The translations under genes were made by a program, and so were the position numbers. The notes under the pieces are model-generated. The model was not told the DNA's origin and made no database searches. It saw nothing but the letters and a program-made list of their open reading frames with translations. From Prevotella sp. (GTDB lineage: Bacteria > Bacteroidota > Bacteroidia > Bacteroidales > Bacteroidaceae), in contig JAGAWQ010000007.1 of the NCBI GenBank assembly GCA_017941345.1, positions 39,108 to 103,107 of the forward strand: a stretch of 64,000 nucleotides of DNA. Direction: 5' to 3'. Positions 9,533 through 18,593 of the stretch are shown here, one piece after another. Positions within the stretch are counted from its first letter, which is position 1, and each line of letters begins with the position of its first letter.

Positions 9533-11113
9533 ATGTTACATTATATTATTATTGGAGCTTTTATAGCATTTATAATAGTTGTTCAAATTTGGTCATTCTC
9601 TTCAAATCTGAAAAGGATGCAAATGTTTAAAAACACATTTGGAATACCTAATTCAAAAAAAACACAGTCTTTTTATATCTCCAAAGACACAACTACAAAT
9701 TATGTAAATGGAGTAATTTTTAGAGGCAGCAAGAATGCTATTTTAGAAAGAATACTTGCTTCTATAAATAAATATCTTGCCAATAACAGAGCCAATGTTA
9801 TCGATTTTCAATTGTTGAAAGATACCGTTGACAGAAACTGTGATTCTGTTGAAGAAGACATCAATACTCAGACACCTATTCCATTGTATTTAGGTTTGGC
9901 TGGAACTATGTTTGGTATTATTGTCGGAATTGGTTTCATGTGGCTTACGGGTTCCCTTAATGCGCTATTACAACAAGGATCCGAAAGCGCGGGGTTAGCC
10001 GCAGATGGAATAGCGACTTTATTGAGTTGTGTTGCAGTTGCTATGCTGGCAAGTATTGTAGGTCTTAGTTTAACTACATATTGTTCTTTCTATTTCAAAT
10101 CATGTAAGTTACAGCTAGAAGAGCAAAAGAGCGATTTTCTCACTTGGATGCAAGCTAATCTTCTACCAGCATTGTCAGTAGATAGTAGTGACACATTAAT
10201 GCATTTGACAATGAACCTTATGAGATTTAATGAAACTTTTGCTCAGAATACAACAAATCTCAAAAAGGTCTTTGATGGTGTTAATGTTTCTTATGACAAA
10301 CAAGCAGAGATTATTGAAAACATTCGTAACATGAACTTCCACCAAATGGCGCAAGCAAATGTTACCGTTTTGAAACAACTTGAACAAAGTACTCAAAAGT
10401 TAGAAGACTTTAACAAGTATTTATTAGCAATAAGAGGTTATACGGATACTATACAAAAGTTTAACGAACAATTTCATAACGAAGAAAGTCGCTTGGGTGT
10501 ATTAGCAGAAATAAGAGATTTCTTTCGTTCAGAGTTCACACAGATTAATCAACGGAAGGCAGAAATGGCCAAAGCCATTTCTAATGTGGATGATGAACTG
10601 AGAAAATCATTAAGTTCTCTTTCAGAAGGAGTTGAAAATAGTAAAGGTGATCTGAGTAAGTCGGTGAGTGATGTGAACGACATATTGATAGATTCACTAA
10701 AAGAATTAAAAGACTATTCCCAATTGCAGTTAGATGAAATAAAGAAAACTCTTGGTGAACAAGCCGAACAATTCAAATCTTTTATTGATGAGCAACAACG
10801 CGCTTTCCAAAGAATGAATTCTGATATGCAAGGTGAATTTAAAGCGCAATTGGAAACAATGCCTCAAACATCACGCCAACTTGCTACTATAGGCGCTCTT
10901 CCTCAACAGATGAAGGAAATTGCAGGTATGATTATCCAATCAAATGAATTAATGGCCAACAGAGTTGCAACAATTGTTAGTGGCAGTGATGTAGATGTTA
11001 ATGGTAAAAGGAAGAAATCGTTTCTGGATTATGTGAAGTACGTCTGTGTTGCTTTAGGTTTCGTCTCACTCTTAATTATTGCTATTAATAACCTAATTGA
11101 ATTGTTAGGATGA
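9533..11113 (+). CDS. ZorA-like MotA/TolQ/ExbB channel subunit with long coiled-coil tail
   Basis: TM1; TM2 with PLYLGLAGTMFG; TM3 with LASIVG; ~300-aa heptad-rich tail; extra C-terminal hydrophobic helix. Confidence 0.75.
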   Translation: MLHYIIIGAFIAFIIVVQIWSFSSNLKRMQMFKNTFGIPNSKKTQSFYISKDTTTNYVNGVIFRGSKNAILERILASINKYLANNRANVIDFQLLKDTVDRNCDSVEEDINTQTPIPLYLGLAGTMFGIIVGIGFMWLTGSLNALLQQGSESAGLAADGIATLLSCVAVAMLASIVGLSLTTYCSFYFKSCKLQLEEQKSDFLTWMQANLLPALSVDSSDTLMHLTMNLMRFNETFAQNTTNLKKVFDGVNVSYDKQAEIIENIRNMNFHQMAQANVTVLKQLEQSTQKLEDFNKYLLAIRGYTDTIQKFNEQFHNEESRLGVLAEIRDFFRSEFTQINQRKAEMAKAISNVDDELRKSLSSLSEGVENSKGDLSKSVSDVNDILIDSLKELKDYSQLQLDEIKKTLGEQAEQFKSFIDEQQRAFQRMNSDMQGEFKAQLETMPQTSRQLATIGALPQQMKEIAGMIIQSNELMANRVATIVSGSDVDVNGKRKKSFLDYVKYVCVALGFVSLLIIAINNLIELLG

Positions 11114-11727
11114 AAAGGAATAGAGAGTCTTTCTTTTGGACAAGTTATTCGGACTTGATGACGAGTCTATTCTTCGTAATGCTCGTACTGTTTGTACTAA
11201 CAATGGCTCTGTTACATCGAAAGATGGTAGCAACAGAACAAGAGTTGGAACAAATAAAGCGCGTGGAAAAATCAACGAAGGACTTGAGTCGTGAGTATTT
11301 CTCTTATAATGCAGATTACAAGAAATACGTTCTTAAAGTGAAGTGCTATTTTGATGTAAACAGGTACAATATACAAGGATTAGATAAAAACACCCGAGAC
11401 AGTCTAAAGATGGCAGGTGAAGAAATCAACAAATTTCTTGAGAAGAACCATGAAAACAAGTACCTTTTAGTTGTCGAAGGACAAGCATCTATGAATTCTG
11501 AGAAGTGGTCCCAGTTTAATTATGAGCTTAGTTTTAAACGAGCGTTAGCTTTGGTAGATTTTTGGTCAAAAGACTGTAAGATACAGTTTAGTAAAAATTG
11601 CGAAATACAAATAGCGGGTAGTGGAGATGGACGCTTAAATGTAGATCCTATGCGCGATAAGACGGAAAAGAACAATCAGAGGTTCTTAATTCATATCGTT
11701 CCCAAAAATATAATCACAGAAAACTAA
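11110..11727 (+). CDS. ZorB-like MotB/OmpA-family subunit
   Basis: FWTSYSDLM with conserved TM Asp; OmpA-like motifs VEGQAS, NYELSFKRA, IAGSG, NQRF; overlaps upstream gene. Confidence 0.8.
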   Translation: MKRNRESFFWTSYSDLMTSLFFVMLVLFVLTMALLHRKMVATEQELEQIKRVEKSTKDLSREYFSYNADYKKYVLKVKCYFDVNRYNIQGLDKNTRDSLKMAGEEINKFLEKNHENKYLLVVEGQASMNSEKWSQFNYELSFKRALALVDFWSKDCKIQFSKNCEIQIAGSGDGRLNVDPMRDKTEKNNQRFLIHIVPKNIITEN

Positions 11728-11733
11728 TTAATT

Positions 11734-12441
11734 ATGAAAGAGAAATTATTACTATTCCTAACAGCATCTGTTTTGTGTCTCTCATGCACACACAAATCTG
11801 GTTACAAAAACACAGGTTCCAAGAAAATGGTTGCATCATATCCTGCCATTTATAGTAACAGCAGAGATGTTATGCTTCCCCGTTCGATTTTTGCAAAATA
11901 CAACAAAGCAGTTTTTATGGTGTTTACAACTGATGGGAATCATCAATTTCAAGGATCTGGTTTTTTTGTCAATAGTCATGGGCTGGCTGTAAGCAATTAC
12001 CATGTATTTAAAGGTACGTATACAGGAGCAGAGGTAATAAAACTAATGGGAGATAACAATACAGCCTATAAAATCAATAAAGTGTTATATAAGGAAGATG
12101 AATCTGACTTTATAATTTTCCAGGTCGATTGTGACAATACAAAGTATATTCCAATTGCAGCCAAAAAGCCAGGGGTTGGCGATAAAGTTTATGCAATAGG
12201 AAGTCCTAAAGGATTGGAAAATACGTTTAGTTCAGGAGAGATTTCGCAGTTAAGAGACCAATATCTAATGCAAATTAACGTGAGCATAGATCATGGGAGT
12301 AGTGGAGGTGCACTAATAAATGAATACGGTCAGGTTGTCGGTATAACTTCTGGAACTCTTGATGCTTCCTCAAATGCTAATCTTAATTACGCTTGGAGCA
12401 TAGAAGCAGTAAAAAAACATCTCAAACTTAAAGAAGAATAA
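11734..12441 (+). CDS. Trypsin-like (S1C-type) serine protease lipoprotein, no PDZ domain
   Basis: Lipobox CLSC; GSGFF, SNYHV (His), D in ESDFII, HGSSGGAL (Ser). Confidence 0.85.
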   Translation: MKEKLLLFLTASVLCLSCTHKSGYKNTGSKKMVASYPAIYSNSRDVMLPRSIFAKYNKAVFMVFTTDGNHQFQGSGFFVNSHGLAVSNYHVFKGTYTGAEVIKLMGDNNTAYKINKVLYKEDESDFIIFQVDCDNTKYIPIAAKKPGVGDKVYAIGSPKGLENTFSSGEISQLRDQYLMQINVSIDHGSSGGALINEYGQVVGITSGTLDASSNANLNYAWSIEAVKKHLKLKEE

Positions 12442-12442
12442 T

Positions 12443-12625
12443 ATGAATGGTGGGATTTTTCAAATCATCCTAGGACTTTTAATATGGAAGTTCGCGCCAA
12501 GATGGATAGAATATGGAGATAGAAAGACTCGGGAATATTTAAAACTTGGATGCAATATTATTGGCGTCATTTTGGTAGTTCTTGGCATTGTATCAATTCT
12601 TTCATCATTATTGAAACTAATATAA
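12443..12625 (+). CDS. Small 2-TM membrane protein
   Basis: 60 aa with two hydrophobic helices; 1-bp and 7-bp gaps to neighbours. Confidence 0.6.
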   Translation: MNGGIFQIILGLLIWKFAPRWIEYGDRKTREYLKLGCNIIGVILVVLGIVSILSSLLKLI

Positions 12626-12632
12626 TAGTTGA

Positions 12633-13508
12633 ATGGAGATTAAGAATTTTTTCCGTTTGGTAACAGAGATAGTAGAACGCAATAATATTTGCGTTCTACT
12701 ATTTACATTGCTTATTTCCTGTCATTTAAGCTCTTCGTGTAATTTTTCATCAGCGAAGAGGCATAATAGGATTAATAAATCATCAATCTCCTCTACTAAT
12801 ATAATTGCAAGCAGTTTATTAGGTGTTGGCTATCCAATGATATCAGACACCATATCATCTGCCATTTTGGATAGGAGGTGCTACTCCGTATCATATAACA
12901 AACTTACCCGTCAACCTAATTGGGTGATGTGGCAACTTACGGGTGAGCACGTGATGAAGCGAAAGGATGGAGTATGGAACGAATACAGAGAAGATACAGA
13001 ATTGCCATCAGAGTTTCGCTCGACATTGGGTGACTATGCTTCATCTGGGTATGACAGGGGTCACATGTGTCCTGGTGGTGATTGCAACTGGGATGATGAG
13101 GGAAGAGACGAGACTTTCTTGTTGTCAAATATGTGTCCTCAGAATCCGAATCTGAATCGTGGGGATTGGAAAGAGATAGAAATGGCATGTAGAAAGTGGG
13201 CAAAGCAGTATGATAATATATATATTGTATGTGGCCCAATATTCTTTAAGAGTCAGCAACATGAAAAGATTGGTCCTCATCAGATTCCTGTTCCTGAAGC
13301 ATTTTTCAAAGTTATCTTGTGTGTTGAGTCAAACAATCCTAAGGGAATTGGATTCATTTGCAGAAACTCCGATGGAAACAGAAAGAAGGACTTCTATGTG
13401 AACTCTATCAGGCAAGTGGAAAGAGTGACAGGTTATAAGTTCTTTCCCAATTTGAATGACTCAATCAAGAGTGTAGTGTATGACATGGACGATATAAATG
13501 AATGGTAA
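12633..13508 (+). CDS. DNA/RNA non-specific endonuclease (NucA/EndoG family), probably exported
   Basis: YDRGHM active-site motif, SNMCPQ..LNRGDW..E, VPEAFFKV; hydrophobic N-terminus with Cys. Confidence 0.9.
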   Translation: MEIKNFFRLVTEIVERNNICVLLFTLLISCHLSSSCNFSSAKRHNRINKSSISSTNIIASSLLGVGYPMISDTISSAILDRRCYSVSYNKLTRQPNWVMWQLTGEHVMKRKDGVWNEYREDTELPSEFRSTLGDYASSGYDRGHMCPGGDCNWDDEGRDETFLLSNMCPQNPNLNRGDWKEIEMACRKWAKQYDNIYIVCGPIFFKSQQHEKIGPHQIPVPEAFFKVILCVESNNPKGIGFICRNSDGNRKKDFYVNSIRQVERVTGYKFFPNLNDSIKSVVYDMDDINEW

Positions 13509-13511
13509 GAT

Positions 13512-14618
13512 ATGAGATACTGTAGTTATTGTGGTAAACCGATACAGGATGGGTATTTGTTCTGTGGGAGTTGTGGCAAGCCTGTTGCGACAGAGGCTAC
13601 AACTAATCATCAACAGACACAGACAAAGACTTCAAGTTCTGGAGATAGTTCATGGGTAAATCATTTGAATGACTATGTGGGCAATGACAGACCTGTAGAT
13701 TTGAACTGGAAAATATTGTTTACGGATGTGTCAAAGAAACATACGACAGAAGAGGCAGAGGAAATATTCATCGTTGGTACTCGAAAGACAACGCCCTCTG
13801 TGTATGAGGTTTCAAAAGACTGGCCCCACCCTTGGCTTTACAGCCGTGTATTCTTGATGTTTGCCATTGCGTTTGCACTACTTTGGGTCTGCTGCAGCAT
13901 GTTCCAGAATCCTAATGCCTTGCCAGGTCTTATCGTGGTAGGCTCTTTCACCGTTCCGTTGTCAACGCTAATCTTGTTCTTGGAACTGAACGCATGGAGA
14001 AACGTAAGTCTGTACGAGGTGATAAAGACATTCCTTGTGGGAGGCTGCGCGTCCTTGGTGGCAACGCTGTTTCTGTTTTCTTTCTTTGGCGCACATGAAT
14101 TGGACTTCTTTGGCGCATTTTTGACGGGTTTCATAGAGGAAACGGGCAAGGCGGTTATCGTCTATTACTTTTTGAGAAGACTTGGTAAGTTGTCTATTCT
14201 AAGCGGGTTATTGATAGGTGCAGCCGTAGGTGCTGGTTTTGCAGCTTTTGAGTCAGCAGGCTATGCTATGAACTATCTCTTCCAAGGAGGATGGGATGTG
14301 ATGATGAACGTGATATTTCTGAGAGGATTCCTGACACCGGGTGGCCATGTGGTATGGGCCGCGATTTCGGGTGCAGGTCTTGTGATAGCAGCAAAAGCAC
14401 ATAGTGAAATATCGACTAGTCTGTTCTTCGATGCCAAATTCCTACGACTGTTTATCATCCCTGTTGTGCTGCATGGTATCTGGGACAGCCCATTGAGTGC
14501 CATTGGCGCAGAGATGTATCTGGTTCCAATAGGACTAACGGTGTTTGCATGGATTGTTGTGCTGATACTGATAAACATGGGATTGGCAGAAGTCTCTAAG
14601 ACCCAAGCCAAGTATTAA
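13512..14618 (+). CDS. PrsW-family intramembrane protease with N-terminal zinc ribbon
   Basis: CxxC..CxxC N-terminus; motifs EETGK, FAAFES, GGH and LHGIWD; multiple TMs. Confidence 0.85.
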   Translation: MRYCSYCGKPIQDGYLFCGSCGKPVATEATTNHQQTQTKTSSSGDSSWVNHLNDYVGNDRPVDLNWKILFTDVSKKHTTEEAEEIFIVGTRKTTPSVYEVSKDWPHPWLYSRVFLMFAIAFALLWVCCSMFQNPNALPGLIVVGSFTVPLSTLILFLELNAWRNVSLYEVIKTFLVGGCASLVATLFLFSFFGAHELDFFGAFLTGFIEETGKAVIVYYFLRRLGKLSILSGLLIGAAVGAGFAAFESAGYAMNYLFQGGWDVMMNVIFLRGFLTPGGHVVWAAISGAGLVIAAKAHSEISTSLFFDAKFLRLFIIPVVLHGIWDSPLSAIGAEMYLVPIGLTVFAWIVVLILINMGLAEVSKTQAKY

Positions 14619-14634
14619 CTTAATAAAGTAGATA

Positions 14635-15531
14635 GTGATGAAAGAGTGTCCGATATGTCATACCATATATGATGACAACCTGAATTTCTGTGTTAAGGAT
14701 GGTCATGAGTTGATAGACAAGCCTGTGGGTTATCAACAGGCAAGCCAGTTTCATTCAGGAGGGGCGGATCAGCCAACTCCCAAACCAAAGAAAGGTGGTT
14801 GCCTGAAGAAAATTATCATTGCAGCAGTCGTTGTGGTGATAGGTTTTGTTGTGCTATACCGTTATATGATGAACGCTGCGACTTATCTGCGTGTAGAACC
14901 CAACAGCATCGTCGCTGCGAAATGTGGCGGAAAGACGAATGTGTCGATTGACTATGACGGCTATATATGGATTATCAACCATAAGCCGGACTGGGTAACG
15001 GTTGATGAGAACGACAACGACTTTGAATTGACGTTTAATCCCAATACGTCAGGGAGTATGCGGCAGGGAACTATAACTATCCAAAGCGGAAGTCTGCTTG
15101 CTCAGGTGGAATTGGCTCAGAATGCGAATGCAACCTTCATCAAACCCTCTGTATCGGTACTCAAATTCGATAAAGGTGGCGGTCGCAAAACTGTCAGTGT
15201 GGAAACAGATGGTACCAAGTGGACAGTGGAATATCCTAAGTTCCTTGATGTTGAGACAACAGGTGATGGCTTCGTTGTCGAAGCATCGTCAAACGACGGT
15301 GACTTCCGACAGGGTATCATAACCGTGACCGAAGATAATGTCAGAACCTCTATCAATTTCCAACAGGCCGGTAAATGTCCGAATTGTCATGGACAAGGAA
15401 GCATGACCTGTACGATATGTAGCGGAGCTGGCAGTACTGGATATGGCATGTACTATATGCAATGTGGCTGGTGCGGTGGAAGAGGCTCCATCAACTGCGC
15501 TGTTTGTGGCGGTACAGGTGAGAAAGAATAA
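14635..15531 (+). CDS. Protein with zinc ribbon, TM, two BACON-like domains and a DnaJ-type CxxCxGxG finger
   Basis: CPIC...FCVKDG; TM; two repeats ending R.G.IT...Q; four CxxCxGxG repeats at the C-terminus. Confidence 0.7.
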   Translation: MMKECPICHTIYDDNLNFCVKDGHELIDKPVGYQQASQFHSGGADQPTPKPKKGGCLKKIIIAAVVVVIGFVVLYRYMMNAATYLRVEPNSIVAAKCGGKTNVSIDYDGYIWIINHKPDWVTVDENDNDFELTFNPNTSGSMRQGTITIQSGSLLAQVELAQNANATFIKPSVSVLKFDKGGGRKTVSVETDGTKWTVEYPKFLDVETTGDGFVVEASSNDGDFRQGIITVTEDNVRTSINFQQAGKCPNCHGQGSMTCTICSGAGSTGYGMYYMQCGWCGGRGSINCAVCGGTGEKE

Positions 15532-15540
15532 AAACAAGAA

Positions 15541-16191
15541 ATGAAGAATTTGTATTCGGAGTGGACTGAGCAAGAATTTGTGAATGACTTGCAACAGAAG
15601 AAGAAGGTGGCAGAAACTGCCTTCTACAACTACTGCCGTGTCTATTTCGATGGTTGTTCCTATACAAATTTCCCGAAGGCTATCGGTGATGACAGTCTCT
15701 TCGATGACAGTTTCATGACTTTGTGGACAGAAATTACATCCAGGAAGATTTCTGTCATTGAAGGGCTACTGTGCAGAAGAGACGATGAAGGAGAAATGAG
15801 GCAGATGACCAGTTCGCTTCGTACTTTCCTCATAGGTATAGCCAAAAACAAGTATAAGGAGCAGCTAAGGGCAGAAGGCAAGAAAGATGTCCCCATGTCA
15901 GATGCGGATATTATGCAAATACTCGGAAGAGTGGTATCAGCACCGATAAATGAGCGCACGTTGAGAGAGGAAATCGTGGCCCAATGTGTGGATACCCTAC
16001 CCCCGGGATGCAGGACTATCCTCACGGCATTCTATTATGAAGACAAGAATCTGGATGAGATTCTTACCTCCAGTGAAGGGTTCAATTCTAAAGATGCACT
16101 GAAGACGCGAAAATACAAGTGCATGCAAAGTTTGAAGAACAGAATCCGTTTCCGTTTTGAACGCTATCACCTAAAATTAACATCAATATGA
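15541..16191 (+). CDS. ECF-type RNA polymerase sigma factor
   Basis: Region 2-like SLRTFLIGIAKNK; region 4-like LPPGCRTILTAFYYE...EI...ALKTRKYKC. Confidence 0.8.
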   Translation: MKNLYSEWTEQEFVNDLQQKKKVAETAFYNYCRVYFDGCSYTNFPKAIGDDSLFDDSFMTLWTEITSRKISVIEGLLCRRDDEGEMRQMTSSLRTFLIGIAKNKYKEQLRAEGKKDVPMSDADIMQILGRVVSAPINERTLREEIVAQCVDTLPPGCRTILTAFYYEDKNLDEILTSSEGFNSKDALKTRKYKCMQSLKNRIRFRFERYHLKLTSI

Positions 16192-16784
16192 ATGAGGAAC
16201 AACTTGACAGAATAGACAGTTACGTCCTTCACGAGATGGATGATGCGGAAGTAGCCGCATTTGAGGAGGAAATGAAGGCTGATGAATCTCTGGCAAATGA
16301 AGTCCGAGATACAGAAATGATAGTTGATGCTTTGGCAGAGAGAGAGCGTAAGAGACAAAGTCTGGAGCAGTTCAAGAGTTCTTACCCATTATACAGGAAG
16401 AAGGTAGAACAGCTGGAGGCAGAACGAAACGCTGCAGCCTATCAGGTAGCCTGTGAAGCTGTTATGCCGGAACAGAAAGTCGCTTATTCGAGAGAGTATC
16501 AACAGGCATCAGTCGCATCAAGCAATAAAGGACAAGGATGGAAATGGTTAACAGCAATTGTCGGAATTGCAGCATGTGTTGCCGCAGTATTCCTTTTGAC
16601 GCTGCCAAGTGCTGAACGGAATACGCCTATGAAATCTGCACCTGAAACACCGACTATTCAAGAAGGTGAACCATATAATCCTTCTTTCAATGGCAAACCG
16701 AAGCCACAAGGTGCCAATGAAGACCCAGAAGACTCACTAAAGAACAACATCATCAAAAAGGAAGTGAGAGGAACAACAGAGTAA
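16188..16784 (+). CDS. Putative anti-sigma factor (single TM)
   Basis: N-terminal IDSYVLHEM...FEEEM..DESL pattern; TM W..IAACV; overlaps the sigma gene. Confidence 0.65.
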   Translation: MNEEQLDRIDSYVLHEMDDAEVAAFEEEMKADESLANEVRDTEMIVDALAERERKRQSLEQFKSSYPLYRKKVEQLEAERNAAAYQVACEAVMPEQKVAYSREYQQASVASSNKGQGWKWLTAIVGIAACVAAVFLLTLPSAERNTPMKSAPETPTIQEGEPYNPSFNGKPKPQGANEDPEDSLKNNIIKKEVRGTTE

Positions 16785-16810
16785 ACAACTACTAACTATA
16801 TACTAATATT

Positions 16811-16857
16811 GAAGAGTGTGACCCTTGATGACATTTATTGCCGTCAGGGGTTACTTC
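16811..16857 (+). terminator. Inverted repeat or terminator with TGATGACA...TGCCGTCA core
   Basis: tgacccttgatgaca pairs with tgccgtcaggggtta, followed by cttcttt. Confidence 0.55.
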
Positions 16858-16908
16858 TTTATTGGATTTGTCATAAAGGAATAAAAGTTGAACCAAATAA
16901 CATATAAA

Positions 16909-17265
16909 ATGGCAAAAAAAGAAGCGGACGTTGAATCGTCACCCAATCGTACTAGTAACAATGAATTTCCTTCTGAAAGATTTCAAGGTCGATTGTATGG
17001 TTTTAGTTGGGTTCTATTAGAAACACGTGATCCGAATTATAATCCAGAATCATTAAGGCATGAGCATCATCTATTATGGGTGTTAAAAGCCTTGGATTTT
17101 GCAACAGACAAAGAAAAGGCTGTTTTTGACAAATTGGTGGAAATAATAGGAATCAAGAAAAATGGAGGTAATGAAAGGTTGGCGTTATTAGGGGCGGTGG
17201 AAGGAAAAAAAGTTGTTTATCAAGGTATTTCTCCTGAATTATTAATTAAAAATCAGAAAATATGA
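16909..17265 (+). CDS. Hypothetical protein
   Basis: ORF with likely ATG at 16909; overlaps the start of the next gene. Confidence 0.55.
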   Translation: MAKKEADVESSPNRTSNNEFPSERFQGRLYGFSWVLLETRDPNYNPESLRHEHHLLWVLKALDFATDKEKAVFDKLVEIIGIKKNGGNERLALLGAVEGKKVVYQGISPELLIKNQKI

Positions 17266-18536
17266 AATTAGCAGTTAAAAGTGTGATTGTCATGGTCTTG
17301 TTGCATCTATCAAGTATTGCAACGGCGCAAGAGATTATTGAGGTTGTGGATAGTATCAGTGAGGACGAGATGGTTGCTGACACTATAAGTATTGATGAAC
17401 TAATGAGTGATAAGCCTAAGATTACTCAGTATGACCTCAAAGAGTTTGAGTGGGTCGACATCTGCTATAACCCGAAGTATGCTATTGTATCAAAGGATGG
17501 GAAGAAGGGAATCTATGATATGATGCTGCATAAGAATGTCACCGAAATAGAGTATCGGGATTTGGGATTCTCGAAGCAGACCGTAGCAGAGGATAGTGCC
17601 TATATCAGTATGTTTTATGCTACAAGGGGTATCAAACGGGGTATCGTAAGTATATACGAACCCACCAATAACGTGGTATCAATCTGGATGGATGACCCTG
17701 ATGAACTGTATTCGTTGGACGAATGTACGACTATTGATAAGAAGATAACAAGGAAAGCAACAAAACTATTAGATAATCTGATGGAATCGCAACAAATGGA
17801 GAATGCTCAGATAGTTATCCTTGATGCAAAGTCGGGACGATTGAAAACGTGGGTAAGACTGGATCGAGATATGGATAAAGATGAAGCAGGGAAATTGCTG
17901 GTACATTCGTGTACTGGTTCACTGACGAAGCCGTTCCATACGGTGATGGCATTAGAGAATGATAGCGTTTCATTGGATTGTACCAAGGATGGAATGAGTT
18001 ATCGACAAGCAATCAAGAGTTGTAATAATCAGATTATGCTTCAGGCCATTCGAAATGGTTATCGTAGGAGTGCAGTAGATAGAGTTTGGAGAGAACTAAC
18101 CGATACCAAGAATTCCTCAACCAGCCCTTTTATTCTGGCAGTTGGATATAATAGTCTTGCCAACAACGGCACCATGATTATCCCGACAATGAAGGCAGAC
18201 AGCGTGAATTTGGAAGAAAACGTATTCTCCCCTTCCAACATTGCCAATTTGAAGGATGTACTCTGGGTTGATAGAGTCGCTTCGCCTCAATTAGCATGGT
18301 TGTCAACAGATACAGAATGGCTTGGCTATGCAACCGCAGAAGATATTTATGAAGAAGAAGATAAAGAACATGCTAAAGTGATTGGTAAACAGATTGCATT
18401 CGCTGGGTGTTTTCCTGTGGAAGAACCGCGCTATACCATTTGCATCGTTGGTGATAAGTACGATGCCGATGTTGCTCCTTCACTATTGCAAGAAGTAGTG
18501 AATCCATTAGCAAAGTGGCTTTTGAAACGAAAATGA
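17262..18536 (+). CDS. Secreted protein with degenerate penicillin-binding transpeptidase-like domain
   Basis: Signal peptide; IVILDAKSGRL, GSLTKPF (SxxK), KSCN (SxN), FAGCFPVEEPRYTICIV; KTG motif missing. Confidence 0.7.
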   Translation: MKLAVKSVIVMVLLHLSSIATAQEIIEVVDSISEDEMVADTISIDELMSDKPKITQYDLKEFEWVDICYNPKYAIVSKDGKKGIYDMMLHKNVTEIEYRDLGFSKQTVAEDSAYISMFYATRGIKRGIVSIYEPTNNVVSIWMDDPDELYSLDECTTIDKKITRKATKLLDNLMESQQMENAQIVILDAKSGRLKTWVRLDRDMDKDEAGKLLVHSCTGSLTKPFHTVMALENDSVSLDCTKDGMSYRQAIKSCNNQIMLQAIRNGYRRSAVDRVWRELTDTKNSSTSPFILAVGYNSLANNGTMIIPTMKADSVNLEENVFSPSNIANLKDVLWVDRVASPQLAWLSTDTEWLGYATAEDIYEEEDKEHAKVIGKQIAFAGCFPVEEPRYTICIVGDKYDADVAPSLLQEVVNPLAKWLLKRK

Positions 18537-18593
18537 GATGATTGAATATGAATTTGCGAATTTTTGATTATCTTTGTAGCCAGAAACAGAAGG

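Noticed and set aside
9533-11727. Flagellar motAB, exbBD/tolQR or a canonical complete Zorya system
   Set aside because: No flagellar or TonB genes; the long tail and OmpA-like partner fit ZorAB better, but no ZorC, ZorD or ZorE is recognisable
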